A stretch of DNA of 64,000 nt from an uncultured Thermus sp. (lineage in GTDB: Bacteria > Deinococcota > Deinococci > Deinococcales > Thermaceae): the NCBI GenBank assembly GCA_947085095.1, contig CAMTVD010000013.1, positions 1 through 64,000 on the forward strand. The letters are read 5' to 3'. Shown here one piece after another: positions 47,981 to 58,242 of this stretch. The translations under genes and the position numbers were made by a program. Each line of letters begins with the position of its first letter. Positions within the stretch are counted from its first letter, which is position 1. The notes below the pieces were generated by a model, which made no database searches, was not told the DNA's origin, and saw only the letters and a list, made by a program, of their open reading frames with translations.

Positions 47981-48896
47981 GGAAACCCTGACCCAAGCGG
48001 TACTGGAACTGAAGCGGGAGCGGAAGGCGGTCATCCTGGCCCACTCCTACCAGCTCCCCGAGGTGCAGGAGGTGGCGGACTTCGTGGGGGACTCCCTGGG
48101 CTTAGCCCGGGAGGCCCAGCGCGCCCGGGCTGAGGTCATCGTTTTCGCCGGGGTCCACTTCATGGCCGAGACCGCGGCCATCCTGAACCCGGAGAAGACC
48201 GTGCTCCTCCCCGACCTCGAGGCGGGCTGCTCCCTGGCCGACAGCATCCGCCCCGAGGACATCCTGGAGTGGAAAAGGGCCCACCCCGAGGGGATCGTGG
48301 TGGCCTACGTGAACACCAAGGCCGAGGTCAAGGCGCTGGCCGACGTGTGCGTCACCTCTGCCAACGCCGTGGAGGTGGTCTTTGGCCTCCCCCCAGATCG
48401 GCCCATCTACTTTGTCCCCGACATGTTCCTGGGGGCCCATGTGGCCCGGGTCACCGGGCGGAGGCTGGACCTCTTCCCCGGGGAGTGCCACGTGCATGCG
48501 GGGATCCGGGAGGAGCACCTGAAGGCCCTGCTGGAGGCCCATCCTGAGGCGGAGTTCCTCATCCACCCCGAGTGCGGCTGCGGCTCGGGCTGCCTCTACC
48601 TGAAGCCCGATGCCAGGATGCTCTCCACCGAGGGGATGGTGCGCCACGCCAAGGCCTCGGAAAAGGAGGCCTTCGTGGTGGCCACCGAGGTGGGCATCCT
48701 CCACCGCCTCAGGAAGGAGGCCCCGGGAAAGGCCTTCTTTCCGGTGAAGCCGGATGCGGTCTGCGAGTACATGAAGCGGATCACCCTGGAAAAGGTCTAC
48801 GCCTCCCTCCGTGACCTGAAGCACGTGGTCCGGGTGCCTGAGGAGGTGGCGGAGAAGGCCAGGCGGGCCCTTCTTGGCATGGTGGCCGTGGGCTAA
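47973..48896 (+). CDS. nadA: Quinolinate synthase
   Basis: LAHSYQ, GVHFMAE, GCSLA, YVNT, CHVH, HPEC, CEYMK. Confidence 0.95.
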   Translation: MDKETLTQAVLELKRERKAVILAHSYQLPEVQEVADFVGDSLGLAREAQRARAEVIVFAGVHFMAETAAILNPEKTVLLPDLEAGCSLADSIRPEDILEWKRAHPEGIVVAYVNTKAEVKALADVCVTSANAVEVVFGLPPDRPIYFVPDMFLGAHVARVTGRRLDLFPGECHVHAGIREEHLKALLEAHPEAEFLIHPECGCGSGCLYLKPDARMLSTEGMVRHAKASEKEAFVVATEVGILHRLRKEAPGKAFFPVKPDAVCEYMKRITLEKVYASLRDLKHVVRVPEEVAEKARRALLGMVAVG

Positions 48897-50386
48897 TGGA
48901 GACCCTGGAGACCGATCTCTTGGTTCTGGGGGCAGGGGTGGCCGGGGTCTACGGGGCCCTGGCGGCGGAGGCGGAAGGGGCCAGGGTCCTCCTCCTCAGC
49001 AAGGACCCCCTGCCCTCGGGCTCCACCCCCTGGGCCCAGGGCGGGGTGGCCTTTCCCCTGGACGAGGCCGACCTCGAGGCCCACCTCCTGGACACCCTCC
49101 GGGCCGGGCGGGGCCTGGTGGAGGAAGGGGTGGCCCGCTCCATCCTGGAGGAGGCCCCCCGCCACCTGGAGCGCCTCCTCGCCCTTGGCCTTCCCTTCCA
49201 CCCCGAGCCCACCCGGGAAGGGGGGCATAGCCGCCCCCGGGTCCGCCACCTGGGGGGAGATAGATCTGGCCTCCTCCTCCTGAAAGGCCTCCTCGCCCGC
49301 CTGCAAAGCCCGCTCCTGGAGGGCTACCAGGCGGTGAGCCTCCTCCTTTCGGGGGAACGGGTGGCGGGGGCCTGGGTCCTCTCCCCCAGGGGTCCCCTCC
49401 TGGTGCGGGCCGGGGCGGTCCTGCTGGCCACGGGGGGCTTGGGGCGCCTCTTCCCCGTGACCACCAACCCCAAGGGGGCCACGGGGGACGGGATGGCCCT
49501 GGCCTTTCGGGCGGGGGCCATTCTGAGGGACCTGGAGTTCGTCCAGTTCCACCCCACGGCCCTGCCCGATGGTTCCCTCATCAGCGAGGCCTGCCGGGGG
49601 GAGGGGGCCATCCTCCTCAACGCCCATGGGGAGAGGTTCATGCCCCGCTACGACCCCCTGGGGGAGCTCGCTCCCCGGGACGTGGTGGCCCGGGCGGTCC
49701 ACCGGGAAAGGGAGAGGACGGGCGGGGCCTTCCTGGACCTGAGGCCCATTCCCCACCTGGGGGAGCGCTTCCCCACGGTGGTGGCCTCCGCCCGGGCCCT
49801 GGGCCTGGACCCCTTCCATGAACTCCTCCCCGTGGCCCCCGCCGCCCACTACGCCATGGGCGGGGTCAGGACGGACCTTTTGGGCTTCACCGGGGTGCCG
49901 GGGCTTTACGCCGCCGGGGAGGTGGCCTCCACCGGCTTCCACGGGGCCAACCGCCTGGCCTCCAACAGCCTCCTCGAGGGCCTGGTCATGGGGGAGCGGG
50001 CCGCTCTTGCCGCCCTAGGGGACCTGGCCTTTCCCAAAGGGTGGGAGCCCCTTCCCGCCCTCAGCCTGGACCCAGGGCTTCTTCCCGAGCTACGGGAGGC
50101 CCTGGGCCGGGAGGCGGGAGTGGTGCGGCGGGAGGAGGGCCTGAAGGAGGCCTTAGCCCTGGCCGAAGGCCTGCCCCTCCGGGAGCGCCCGGCCCAAGAA
50201 GTGGGGCGGGAGGAGGTGGAGGCGGGAAGCCTCCTCCTTCTCGCCCGCCTTCTCCTCCGCATGGCCCTCCTCCGGCGGGAAAGCCGGGGAGCCCACTTCC
50301 GGGAGGACTTTCCCGGGGAAGGGGAGGAGGCCTACCACCTCGAGGCCCAGGGCCAGGAGGTGCGCCGGGTGCCCCTTCCGGGCTAA
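48896..50386 (+). CDS. nadB: L-aspartate oxidase
   Basis: STPWAQGG, EGGHS, QFHPT, ISEACRGEG, HGANRLASNSLLE, ESRGAHFR. Confidence 0.93.
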   Translation: METLETDLLVLGAGVAGVYGALAAEAEGARVLLLSKDPLPSGSTPWAQGGVAFPLDEADLEAHLLDTLRAGRGLVEEGVARSILEEAPRHLERLLALGLPFHPEPTREGGHSRPRVRHLGGDRSGLLLLKGLLARLQSPLLEGYQAVSLLLSGERVAGAWVLSPRGPLLVRAGAVLLATGGLGRLFPVTTNPKGATGDGMALAFRAGAILRDLEFVQFHPTALPDGSLISEACRGEGAILLNAHGERFMPRYDPLGELAPRDVVARAVHRERERTGGAFLDLRPIPHLGERFPTVVASARALGLDPFHELLPVAPAAHYAMGGVRTDLLGFTGVPGLYAAGEVASTGFHGANRLASNSLLEGLVMGERAALAALGDLAFPKGWEPLPALSLDPGLLPELREALGREAGVVRREEGLKEALALAEGLPLRERPAQEVGREEVEAGSLLLLARLLLRMALLRRESRGAHFREDFPGEGEEAYHLEAQGQEVRRVPLPG

Positions 50387-51585
50387 AGCCCCTCCACCAC
50401 CATGGCGATCCCCTGGCCCACCCCGATGCACATGGTGGCGAGGCCCCACTGCACCCCCCGCCTCCGCATCTCGTGGACCAAGGTGGTGAGGATCCGGGCC
50501 CCCGAGGCCCCCAGGGGGTGGCCCAGGGCGATGGCCCCGCCGTTGGGGTTGAGCCGATCGTCCTCCGGGTCCAGGCCCCATTCCCTTAAGACCGCCAGGC
50601 TCTGAGCGGCGAAGGCCTCGTTGAGCTCAATGAGGCCGATGTCCTTGAGGCTTAGACCTGCCCTTGCTAAGGCCTTCTTCGTGGCGGGCACCGGGCCGAT
50701 GCCCATGATCCGGGGGGGCACCCCGGCCACGGCCAGGGCCTTGATGCGGGCCAGGGGCCTGAGGCCGTGGGCCTGGGCGTAGGCGTCCGAGACCAGGAGC
50801 ACCGCCGCCGCCCCGTCGTTCAAGGGGCTACTGTTCCCTGCGGTCACCGTTCCCCCTTCCCGGAAAACGGGCCTTAAGGCGGCGAGCCTCTCCAAGGAGG
50901 TGTCCCGCCTGGGCCCCTCGTCCACCTCCACCAGGGCCTCCTCCTTCCCCCTCTTCACAGGCACGGGGACCACCTCCTCCAAAAAGCGTCCCTCGTCCCA
51001 GGCCCGCACCGCCTTCTGGTGGGAGAGGAGGGCGAAGCGGTCCTGCTCTTCCCGGGCGATCCCGTACATCTCCGCCAGGTTCTCCGCCGTCTCCCCCATG
51101 CTCTCCGTGCCGTAGAGGGCCTGCATCCTGGGGTTGACGAAGCGCCAGCCTAAGGTGGTGTCGTACATGACCAGGTTCCCCGTGGGGAAGCCCTTCTCCG
51201 GCTTGGGGAGGGCGTAGGGGGCGCGGGACATGGACTCCACCCCGCTTCCCACGTAGACCTGCCCCTCCCCGGCCCAGATGGCCCGGGCCGCCTGGGCCAC
51301 GGCCTCCAGCCCCGAGCCGCAGAGGCGGTTCACCGTGCACCCCGCCACCTCCACGGGAAAGCCGGAGAGGAGGAGGGCCATGCGGGCCACGTTGCGGTTG
51401 TCCTCCCCCGCCTGGTTGGCGCAGCCGGCGTAGACGTCCTCCACCTCCTCCTTGGGGACCCCGGAGCGCGCCATGAGGGCAGAAAGGACGTGGGCCAGGA
51501 GGTCGTCGGGGCGCACGGAGGAGAGGGCCCCGCCGTGCTTGCCGATGGGGGTCCTAACCGCTTCCACAATCCAGGCTTCGGGCAT
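50383..51585 (-). CDS. Thiolase (3-oxoadipyl-CoA thiolase, PaaJ/PcaF-like)
   Basis: GCANQAGEDNRNVAR, NRLCGSG, NEAFA, GHPLG, MCIGVGQG. Confidence 0.9.
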   Translation of the reverse strand: MPEAWIVEAVRTPIGKHGGALSSVRPDDLLAHVLSALMARSGVPKEEVEDVYAGCANQAGEDNRNVARMALLLSGFPVEVAGCTVNRLCGSGLEAVAQAARAIWAGEGQVYVGSGVESMSRAPYALPKPEKGFPTGNLVMYDTTLGWRFVNPRMQALYGTESMGETAENLAEMYGIAREEQDRFALLSHQKAVRAWDEGRFLEEVVPVPVKRGKEEALVEVDEGPRRDTSLERLAALRPVFREGGTVTAGNSSPLNDGAAAVLLVSDAYAQAHGLRPLARIKALAVAGVPPRIMGIGPVPATKKALARAGLSLKDIGLIELNEAFAAQSLAVLREWGLDPEDDRLNPNGGAIALGHPLGASGARILTTLVHEMRRRGVQWGLATMCIGVGQGIAMVVEGL

Positions 51586-51595
51586 ACCGCCTCCT

Positions 51596-51642
51596 AACCG
51601 GTCGGTCGGTACCAGCCTAGGGGCTTGGGGCCCCGCCGTCAA
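51596..51642 (-). promoter_or_regulatory. Thiolase promoter with TetR-family (PfmR-like) operator
   Basis: TTGACG-17 nt-TAGGCT, then TACCGACCGACCGGTT (51611-51596) before the AGGAGG RBS. Confidence 0.6.
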
Positions 51643-51646
51643 GGCC

Positions 51647-53020
51647 CTAGCCCAAAAGGAGGTCCCGGGCCCGCAGGGCCAGGTGCACCCGGGCCAGCAC
51701 CTCGGGGCGGGAGAGGGGGCCGAGGAGCCGCTCCATGCGCCTCAGGCGGTAGCGCAGGGTGTTGGGGTGGATGTGGAGCCTCTGGGCCGCCTCCTCCAGG
51801 CTTTGCGACTCCAGGTAGGCCTCCAGGGTCTTGAGGAGCTTTGGGGGAAGGGGGAGGTAGCGCTCCACCAGGGCCTTTAGGTCCTCGGGGGACTGTTGCA
51901 GGAGGACGAAGGCCACGGGGTCAAGCCCGGTGAAGGAGAGGGCCTCCCCGGGTCTGGCGGCCTTCAAGGCGATGAGGGCCTCCCGGTAGGCCTCGGCCAC
52001 CTCCCCCCCGGCGTGGACCGCCGAGTAGCCCAGGCGGCTTCCCGGGGGGAGGGCGGCGAGGAGGGTTCCCGCCTCCTTTTTGGGGCTGTGCACCTGCCAC
52101 ATGGCCAGGAGCCGGTTCCCCCGCACCCCCAGGAGGTAGGGCACCCCTAAGCGGTCCAGGTAGGCCCCAGAGCGCCGCCGTAGCTCCAAGGTGGCCTCCC
52201 GCCTCCTTTCCTCCGCCAGGCGGTGCCGCCCCGGGACGGAGGGGGGCTCCACCAGGGCCAGGACCCACTCCACCCCCTCGGTGAAGCCGAAGGCGAAAAG
52301 CCTCTCGGGCTCCGCCTCCCCCAGGACCAGGGCCAAAAGGAGGGCTTCCCCCAGGGACTCCTCCTGCATCCTTTCCAAGCTCTTCTCCAAAGCCCGCACC
52401 CGCAGGAGGCGGGCCGCCACCTCCAAAAGCCCCCGCGATGTCCGCAAAACCCCCTCCTCCCCGTAGGCCACCAAAACCCCCTCCCCCGCCTCCAGGGCCA
52501 GGTAGCCCTTCCCCTCCCCGGGGGCCTTGGGGTGTTCCGGGGGCACGGGCCCGGCGAAGCCCAGGACCTCCCCCCAGGGGGCCACCCGGGCCAGGGAGAG
52601 GCCCGTGGCCTGGTGGAGAACCTCCAAGAGGGGCCTTTCCGGGAGCTTGAGGAGGAGGTCCAAAAGCCCCGCCAGGGCCATCCCCGGCCCCAGGGCGAAG
52701 AGCCTTAAGGAGATGGCCCTTTCCAGCTCCTCCCGCTTAAGCCAGGGGGGGTAGAGGGCCAGGCCCAGGCCCTCCCGCTCGGCGAAGCTCTGCACCTCGA
52801 GGTCGGGCTCGGGGAGGAGGAGGCCCGAGGCGGCGCGGTGGCGGAAGAGGCTCCCTTCCGGGCGGAACAGCAGCAGGGCCCCCTCTTGGGCGAGGAGGGG
52901 CCTGGGCTCGGGGAGGAGGTAGAAGACGGGCCTGTCCGAGGGGACCAGGACGGTGAGGCCCAGGTCCTGCATGAGGGCAGAGAAGCCTATGGCGTTTTCA
53001 CCAAAGTTAGCCAGGGTCAT
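51647..53020 (-). CDS. PucR/CdaR-family transcriptional regulator, divergent from hpa operon
   Basis: C-terminal AAQRLHIHPNTLRYRL HTH, AYREALIAL; start uncertain (53020 or 52972). Confidence 0.82.
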   Translation of the reverse strand: MTLANFGENAIGFSALMQDLGLTVLVPSDRPVFYLLPEPRPLLAQEGALLLFRPEGSLFRHRAASGLLLPEPDLEVQSFAEREGLGLALYPPWLKREELERAISLRLFALGPGMALAGLLDLLLKLPERPLLEVLHQATGLSLARVAPWGEVLGFAGPVPPEHPKAPGEGKGYLALEAGEGVLVAYGEEGVLRTSRGLLEVAARLLRVRALEKSLERMQEESLGEALLLALVLGEAEPERLFAFGFTEGVEWVLALVEPPSVPGRHRLAEERRREATLELRRRSGAYLDRLGVPYLLGVRGNRLLAMWQVHSPKKEAGTLLAALPPGSRLGYSAVHAGGEVAEAYREALIALKAARPGEALSFTGLDPVAFVLLQQSPEDLKALVERYLPLPPKLLKTLEAYLESQSLEEAAQRLHIHPNTLRYRLRRMERLLGPLSRPEVLARVHLALRARDLLLG

Positions 53021-53165
53021 GGTGCAAAAGCACCATACCACACCCTGGCTTCTCCGGGAGATCTCTGATTTTTGTTGTTGAGACCAAAATGTAGCGGAAC
53101 ATTGTCTAATAGCATGATTGCCCTTCCCCCAGGCCCGCCCCATCCTGGGAGGTGAAAGGAGCCCC

Positions 53166-54056
53166 ATGTTCCGCGGGTCCATACCACCCCTCATCACCCC
53201 TTTTCGGCGGGGCCAGATTGACGAGGCGGCTCTGAGGCGGCTTGTGGACCGAGCCATCCAGGGGGGCTCCCACGGGATCAGCGTGGGGGGCACCACCGGG
53301 GAGCCCGGCACCCAGACCCTGGAGGAGAGGAAGCGGGTCATAAGCATCGCCGTGGAGGAGGCGGCGGGCCGGGTCCCGGTCCTGGCGGGCACGGGGTCCT
53401 TGCGGTTAGAGGAAACCCTGGAGCTCACCCGCTACGCCCAGGAGGTGGGGGCAACGGGAGCCATGGTCATCGTCCCCTACTACGTGAAGCCCAACCAGGA
53501 GGGCCTCTACCGCTACTTCGCCGAGGTGGCCCGGGCGGTCCCCGATTTTCCCCTCATCCTCTACAACATCCCGGGCCGGAGCGGGGTGGAGATCGCCCCC
53601 AGGACCGTGGCCCGCCTCAGGCGGGACTTCCCCAACATCCTGGGCCTCAAGCACTCCTCCAAGGACCTGGAGTACCTCTCCCACCTCCTAGAGGAGGCGG
53701 GGCGGGACTTCCTGGTCTTCTGCGGCCTGGAGAGCCTCACCCTGCCCATGATGAGCTTGGGGGCCGTGGGCACCATCGCCGCCACCGCCAACTGGCTTCC
53801 TAAGGAGGTGGCCCTCCTCTGCGAGAAAGCCCTTGCCGGGGACTACCAGGGAGCCAGGGAGATGCACTTCTACCTCCTCGAGGCCAACGAGGCCATCTTC
53901 TGGGACACGAACCCCATCCCCTTGAAGACCGTCCTCTCCTGGATGGGCCTCTGCGAGAAGGAGTGGCGCCTGCCCCTCGCCCCCACCACCCCCGAGGTGG
54001 AGGAGCGGCTCAGGCGCATGGCGGAGCGCTACGGCCTTTTGGGGGGTGGAGCGTGA
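53166..54056 (+). CDS. hpaI: DapA-family 2,4-dihydroxyhept-2-enedioate aldolase
   Basis: GGTTGE, LYNIPGR, GLKHS, TNPIPLK; first gene of hpa cluster. Confidence 0.82.
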   Translation: MFRGSIPPLITPFRRGQIDEAALRRLVDRAIQGGSHGISVGGTTGEPGTQTLEERKRVISIAVEEAAGRVPVLAGTGSLRLEETLELTRYAQEVGATGAMVIVPYYVKPNQEGLYRYFAEVARAVPDFPLILYNIPGRSGVEIAPRTVARLRRDFPNILGLKHSSKDLEYLSHLLEEAGRDFLVFCGLESLTLPMMSLGAVGTIAATANWLPKEVALLCEKALAGDYQGAREMHFYLLEANEAIFWDTNPIPLKTVLSWMGLCEKEWRLPLAPTTPEVEERLRRMAERYGLLGGGA

Positions 54057-54793
54057 AGCTAGCCCGCTTCCTCCACAAGGGCCGGGTCCACCAGGGGGTC
54101 TTTCGGGAGGGCCTCCTCCTGGACGAGGCGGGGGAGGCCCATTCCCCCGAGGAGGTCACCTGGCTCCTCCCCTTTACCCCGGGGAAGGTCCTGGGCGTGG
54201 CCCTGAACTACGCCGACCACGCCGAGGAGCTGGGCCTGGGGCGCCCCGAGGAGCCCGCCCTCTTCTGGAAGCCTAATACCAGCCTCCTCCCCCACCAGGG
54301 CACCGTCCTCTACCCCAAGGGGGCGGAGTTCGTCCACTACGAGGTGGAGCTCGCCGTGGTGGTGGGCCGCCCCATGAAGCGGGTGAGGGCGAGGGACGCC
54401 CTGGACTACGTCCTCGGCTACACCATCGCCAACGACCTGGTGGCCCGGGACTTCGTCCAGAACACCTTCCGCCCCCCCATAAGGGCCAAGGGCCGGGACA
54501 CCTTCCTCCCCTTGGGGCCCTTTTTGGTGGTGGGGGAGGTGGAAGACCCCCAGAACCTGTGGCTAAGGGCCTACGTGAACGGGGAGCTTAGGCAGGAGGG
54601 GCACACCTCGAGGATGCTCTATAGCGTGGCCGAGCTCCTCGCCTTCATCTCCGAGTTCATGACCCTGGAGCCCTATGACGTCCTCCTCACCGGCACCCCC
54701 AAGGGGGTGAGCCGGGTGCGGCCGGGGGACGTGATGCGCCTGGAGATAGAGGGCCTGGGGGCCCTGGAGAACCCCATAGAGGAGGAGGCATGA
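54053..54793 (+). CDS. hpaG: FAH-family isomerase/decarboxylase (single-domain HpaG-like)
   Basis: ALNYADH, HYEVEL, GYTIAND, KGRDTF, TGTPKG. Confidence 0.82.
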   Translation: MKLARFLHKGRVHQGVFREGLLLDEAGEAHSPEEVTWLLPFTPGKVLGVALNYADHAEELGLGRPEEPALFWKPNTSLLPHQGTVLYPKGAEFVHYEVELAVVVGRPMKRVRARDALDYVLGYTIANDLVARDFVQNTFRPPIRAKGRDTFLPLGPFLVVGEVEDPQNLWLRAYVNGELRQEGHTSRMLYSVAELLAFISEFMTLEPYDVLLTGTPKGVSRVRPGDVMRLEIEGLGALENPIEEEA

Positions 54794-56343
54794 GGTACCA
54801 GGACCAGGTGGCAGGCATCCCTTGGGAGAGGATTGAGGAGGTGCGGAAGCGGCTTGGGGAAAGGCCCGCCCTCCACTTCATCGCCGGGGAGTTCGTGCCC
54901 TCGGAAAACGGGGAGACCTTTCCCTCCCTGGACCCCGCCACGAACGAGGTCCTGGGGGAGGCGGCGAGGGGGGGGAGGGTAGAGGTGGACCGGGCGGCCA
55001 AGGCGGCCCTCGAGGCCTTCCAGAAGTGGAGCCGCACCCGGGCCAGGGAAAGAAAGCGCTACCTCCTGAAGATCGCCGAGCTCATAGAGAAGCACGCCGA
55101 CGAACTCGCGGTCACGGAGTGCCTGGATGCGGGGCAGGTTCTGAGGATCGTCCGCGCCCAGGTGGCCCGGGCGGCGGAGAACTTCGCCTTCTACGCCGAG
55201 TACGCCGAGCACGCCATGGAGGACCGCACCTACCCTGTGGACCGGGACTGGCTCTACTACGCCCTCCGGGTCCCCGCGGGCCCCGTGGGCATCATCACCC
55301 CCTGGAACGCCCCCCTCATGCTCTCCACCTGGCGCATCGCCCCGGCTTTGGCCTTCGGGGACACCGTGGTCCTGAAGCCCGCCGAGTGGAGCCCCTTCAC
55401 CGCCACGAAGCTTGCCGAGATCCTCCAGGAGGCGGACCTGCCCCCCGGGGTCTTCAACCTGGTCCAGGGCTATGGCGAGGAGGCGGGGGCCGCTTTGGTG
55501 GCCCACCCCCTGGTTCCCCTCATCACCCTCACCGGGGAGACGGAGACGGGGAGGATCGTCATGAAAAACGCCGCCCAGCACCTCAAGCGGCTTTCCCTGG
55601 AACTTGGCGGCAAAAGCCCCGCCCTGGTCTTCGCCGATGCCGATCTGGAAAGGGCATTGGACGCCGTGGTATTCCAGATCTACTCCTTCAACGGGGAGCG
55701 GTGCACGGCGAGCTCCCGGCTTCTGGTGGAGGAGCGCATCTTTGAGGCCTTCGTGGCCCGGGTGGCGGAAAGGGCGGGGAGGATCCGGGTGGGCCACCCC
55801 CTGGACCCGGAGACCGAGGTGGGGCCCCTGATCCACCCCGAGCACCTCCAAAGGGTCCTGGGCTACATAGAGGCGGGGAAGGGGGAAGGGGCCAGGCTTC
55901 TCGTGGGCGGGGAGCGGGCCCTAAGGTCCTTCCGGGGGGAGGACCTCTCCCGGGGGAACTACCTCCTGCCCACCCTCTTCGTGGGGGAGAACGGGATGAA
56001 GATCGCCCAGGAGGAGATCTTCGGCCCCGTTTTGGTGGCCATCCCCTTCAAGGACGAGGAGGAGGCCCTCAGGAAGGCGAACGACACCCGCTATGGCCTC
56101 GCCGCCTACGTCTTCACCCGGGACCTGGAGAGGGCCCACCGCCTGGCCCTGGAGCTTCAGGCGGGGATGGTCTACCTCAATAGCCACAACGTCCGCCACC
56201 TCCCCACCCCCTTCGGCGGGGTGAAGGGGAGCGGGGACCGGCGGGAAGGGGGGCATTACGCCCTGGACTTCTACACGGACCTGAAGAGCGTGGGCCTCCC
56301 CTTGAGGCCCCCCCACGTGCCCAAGTTCGGCCAAGGAGGCTAG
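54790..56343 (+). CDS. hpaE: 5-carboxymethyl-2-hydroxymuconate semialdehyde dehydrogenase
   Basis: PWNAP, LELGGKSP, NGERCTA, NVRHLPTPFGG, REGG. Confidence 0.9.
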   Translation: MRYQDQVAGIPWERIEEVRKRLGERPALHFIAGEFVPSENGETFPSLDPATNEVLGEAARGGRVEVDRAAKAALEAFQKWSRTRARERKRYLLKIAELIEKHADELAVTECLDAGQVLRIVRAQVARAAENFAFYAEYAEHAMEDRTYPVDRDWLYYALRVPAGPVGIITPWNAPLMLSTWRIAPALAFGDTVVLKPAEWSPFTATKLAEILQEADLPPGVFNLVQGYGEEAGAALVAHPLVPLITLTGETETGRIVMKNAAQHLKRLSLELGGKSPALVFADADLERALDAVVFQIYSFNGERCTASSRLLVEERIFEAFVARVAERAGRIRVGHPLDPETEVGPLIHPEHLQRVLGYIEAGKGEGARLLVGGERALRSFRGEDLSRGNYLLPTLFVGENGMKIAQEEIFGPVLVAIPFKDEEEALRKANDTRYGLAAYVFTRDLERAHRLALELQAGMVYLNSHNVRHLPTPFGGVKGSGDRREGGHYALDFYTDLKSVGLPLRPPHVPKFGQGG

Positions 56344-56344
56344 C

Positions 56345-57796
56345 ATGGCGAGGACGGGAGCGGAGTACATAGAAGCTCTAAGGATGCGCCCCCCCAACCT
56401 CTGGTACAAGGGGGAGAAGGTGGAAGACCCCACCACCCACCCGGTCTTCCGGGGGATCGTGCGCACCATGGCCGCCCTTTACGACCTGCAGCACGACCCC
56501 CGTCACCGGGAGGCCCTCACCTACGAGGAGGAGGGGCGGCGGCACGGGATGAGCTTCCTCATCCCCAGGACCAAGGAGGACCTCAAGCGGCGGGGGAGGG
56601 CCTACAAGCTCTGGGCTGACCAGAACCTGGGGATGATGGGCCGAAGCCCCGACTACCTCAACGCCGTGGTCATGGCCTACGCCGCCAGCGCCGAGTACTT
56701 TGGGGAGTTCGCCGATAATGTCCGCAACTATTACAAATACCTTCGGGACCAGGACCTGGCCACCACCCACGCCCTCACCAACCCCCAGGTGAACCGGGCC
56801 AAGCCCCCCTCGGCCCAGCCCGACCCCTACATCCCCGTGGGGGTGGTGCGCCAAACGGATCAGGGCATCGTGGTCCGGGGGGCGCGGATGACGGCCACCT
56901 TTCCCCTGGCGGACGAGGTGCTCATCTTCCCCTCCACCCTCCTCAAGGAGGGCCCCGGGGCGGAGAAGTACGCCATCGCCTTCGCCCTGCCCACCTCCAC
57001 CCCGGGCCTCCACTTCGTCTGCCGGGAAGGCCTGGTGGGGGGGGATAGCCCCTTTGACCACCCCCTCAGTAGCCGCCTCGAGGAGATGGACTGCCTGGTC
57101 ATTTTTGACGAGGTCCTGGTCCCCTGGGAAAGGGTCTTCATCCTGGGGAGCGTGGAGCTCTGCAACAACGCCTACGCCGCCACCGGGGCCCTGAACCACA
57201 TGGCCCACCAGGTGGTGGCCCTGAAGACCGCCAAGACCGAGGCCTTCCTGGGGGTGGCGGCCCTCATGGCCGAGGGGATCGGGGCCGACGCCTACGCCCA
57301 CGTCCAGGAGAAGATCGCCGAGATCATCGTCTACCTGGAGGCCATGCGGGCCTTCTGGACCCGGGCGGAGGAGGAGGCCAAGGAGAACGCTTACGGCCTC
57401 CTGGTCCCGGACCGCGGGGCCCTGGACGGGGCCCGGAACCTCTACCCCAGGCTCTACCCCCGCCTGAGGGAGATCCTGGAGCAGATCGGGGCCTCTGGAC
57501 TCATCACCCTGCCCTCGGAGAGGGACTTCCTTGGCCCCCTGGCCCCCCTTTTGGAGAAGTACCTGCAGGGGGCGACCCTCGAGGCCAAGGAGCGGGTGGC
57601 CCTCTTCCGGCTGGCCTGGGACATGACCCTCTCGGGCTTCGGGGCCCGGCAGGAGCTTTACGAGCGCTTCTTCTTCGGGGACCCGGTGCGCATGCACCAG
57701 ACCCTCTACAGCGTCTACGACAAGGAGCCCTACAAGGCCCGTATCCGGGAGTTTCTTAGGGCTTCTTTGCAGGTCTTCGCGGAGGTGGGGGCGTGA
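56345..57796 (+). CDS. hpaB: 4-hydroxyphenylacetate 3-monooxygenase, oxygenase component
   Basis: MARTGAEY, GRSPDY, HALTNPQVNR, ARQELYERFFFGD. Confidence 0.93.
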   Translation: MARTGAEYIEALRMRPPNLWYKGEKVEDPTTHPVFRGIVRTMAALYDLQHDPRHREALTYEEEGRRHGMSFLIPRTKEDLKRRGRAYKLWADQNLGMMGRSPDYLNAVVMAYAASAEYFGEFADNVRNYYKYLRDQDLATTHALTNPQVNRAKPPSAQPDPYIPVGVVRQTDQGIVVRGARMTATFPLADEVLIFPSTLLKEGPGAEKYAIAFALPTSTPGLHFVCREGLVGGDSPFDHPLSSRLEEMDCLVIFDEVLVPWERVFILGSVELCNNAYAATGALNHMAHQVVALKTAKTEAFLGVAALMAEGIGADAYAHVQEKIAEIIVYLEAMRAFWTRAEEEAKENAYGLLVPDRGALDGARNLYPRLYPRLREILEQIGASGLITLPSERDFLGPLAPLLEKYLQGATLEAKERVALFRLAWDMTLSGFGARQELYERFFFGDPVRMHQTLYSVYDKEPYKARIREFLRASLQVFAEVGA

Positions 57797-58242
57797 GGGA
57801 GGCCTTCAAGGAGGCCATGAGCCGCTTCGCCGCCGGGGTTACCGTGGTCTCCGCCCGCTTGGGCGAGGAGGAAAGGGGCATGACCGCCACCGCCTTCATG
57901 TCCCTGAGCCTCGAGCCCCCCTTGGTGGCCCTAGGGATCTGGGAGGAGGCCAAGATCCTTCCCCTCCTGGAAAAGAGCGGGGCCTTTACCGTGAGCCTTC
58001 TAAGGGAGGGGCAGGAGGGGGTTTCCCAGCACTTCGCTGGCAGGCCCCAGGAAGGGGTCTTCCTGGTGGAGGGGGCCGTGCCCGGGGCCCTGGCGGTATT
58101 GCGGTGCCGCCTTACGGCCCTCCACCCCGGGGGGGACCACCGCCTGGTGGTGGGGCGGGTGGAGGAGGTGGCCCTGGGGGAGGCTGGCCCCCCCTTGGTC
58201 TACTTCGCCCGGGGCTACAGGAGGTTGGTATGGCCATCGTGA
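57793..58242 (+). CDS. hpaC: Flavin reductase component
   Basis: FAAGVTVV, SLSLEPPL, GDH, PLVYF. Confidence 0.92.
   Translation: MREAFKEAMSRFAAGVTVVSARLGEEERGMTATAFMSLSLEPPLVALGIWEEAKILPLLEKSGAFTVSLLREGQEGVSQHFAGRPQEGVFLVEGAVPGALAVLRCRLTALHPGGDHRLVVGRVEEVALGEAGPPLVYFARGYRRLVWPS

Noticed and set aside
41367..50386. Overlapping 3' ends of convergent genes (41367-41394, 44468-44481, 50383-50386) as a regulatory system
   Set aside because: Short tail-to-tail overlaps are routine in compact Thermus genomes; nothing specific supports a function.
53166..54056. dapA (lysine biosynthesis) call
   Set aside because: Sits first in the hpa operon, and Thermus uses the alpha-aminoadipate lysine route; HpaI fits better.
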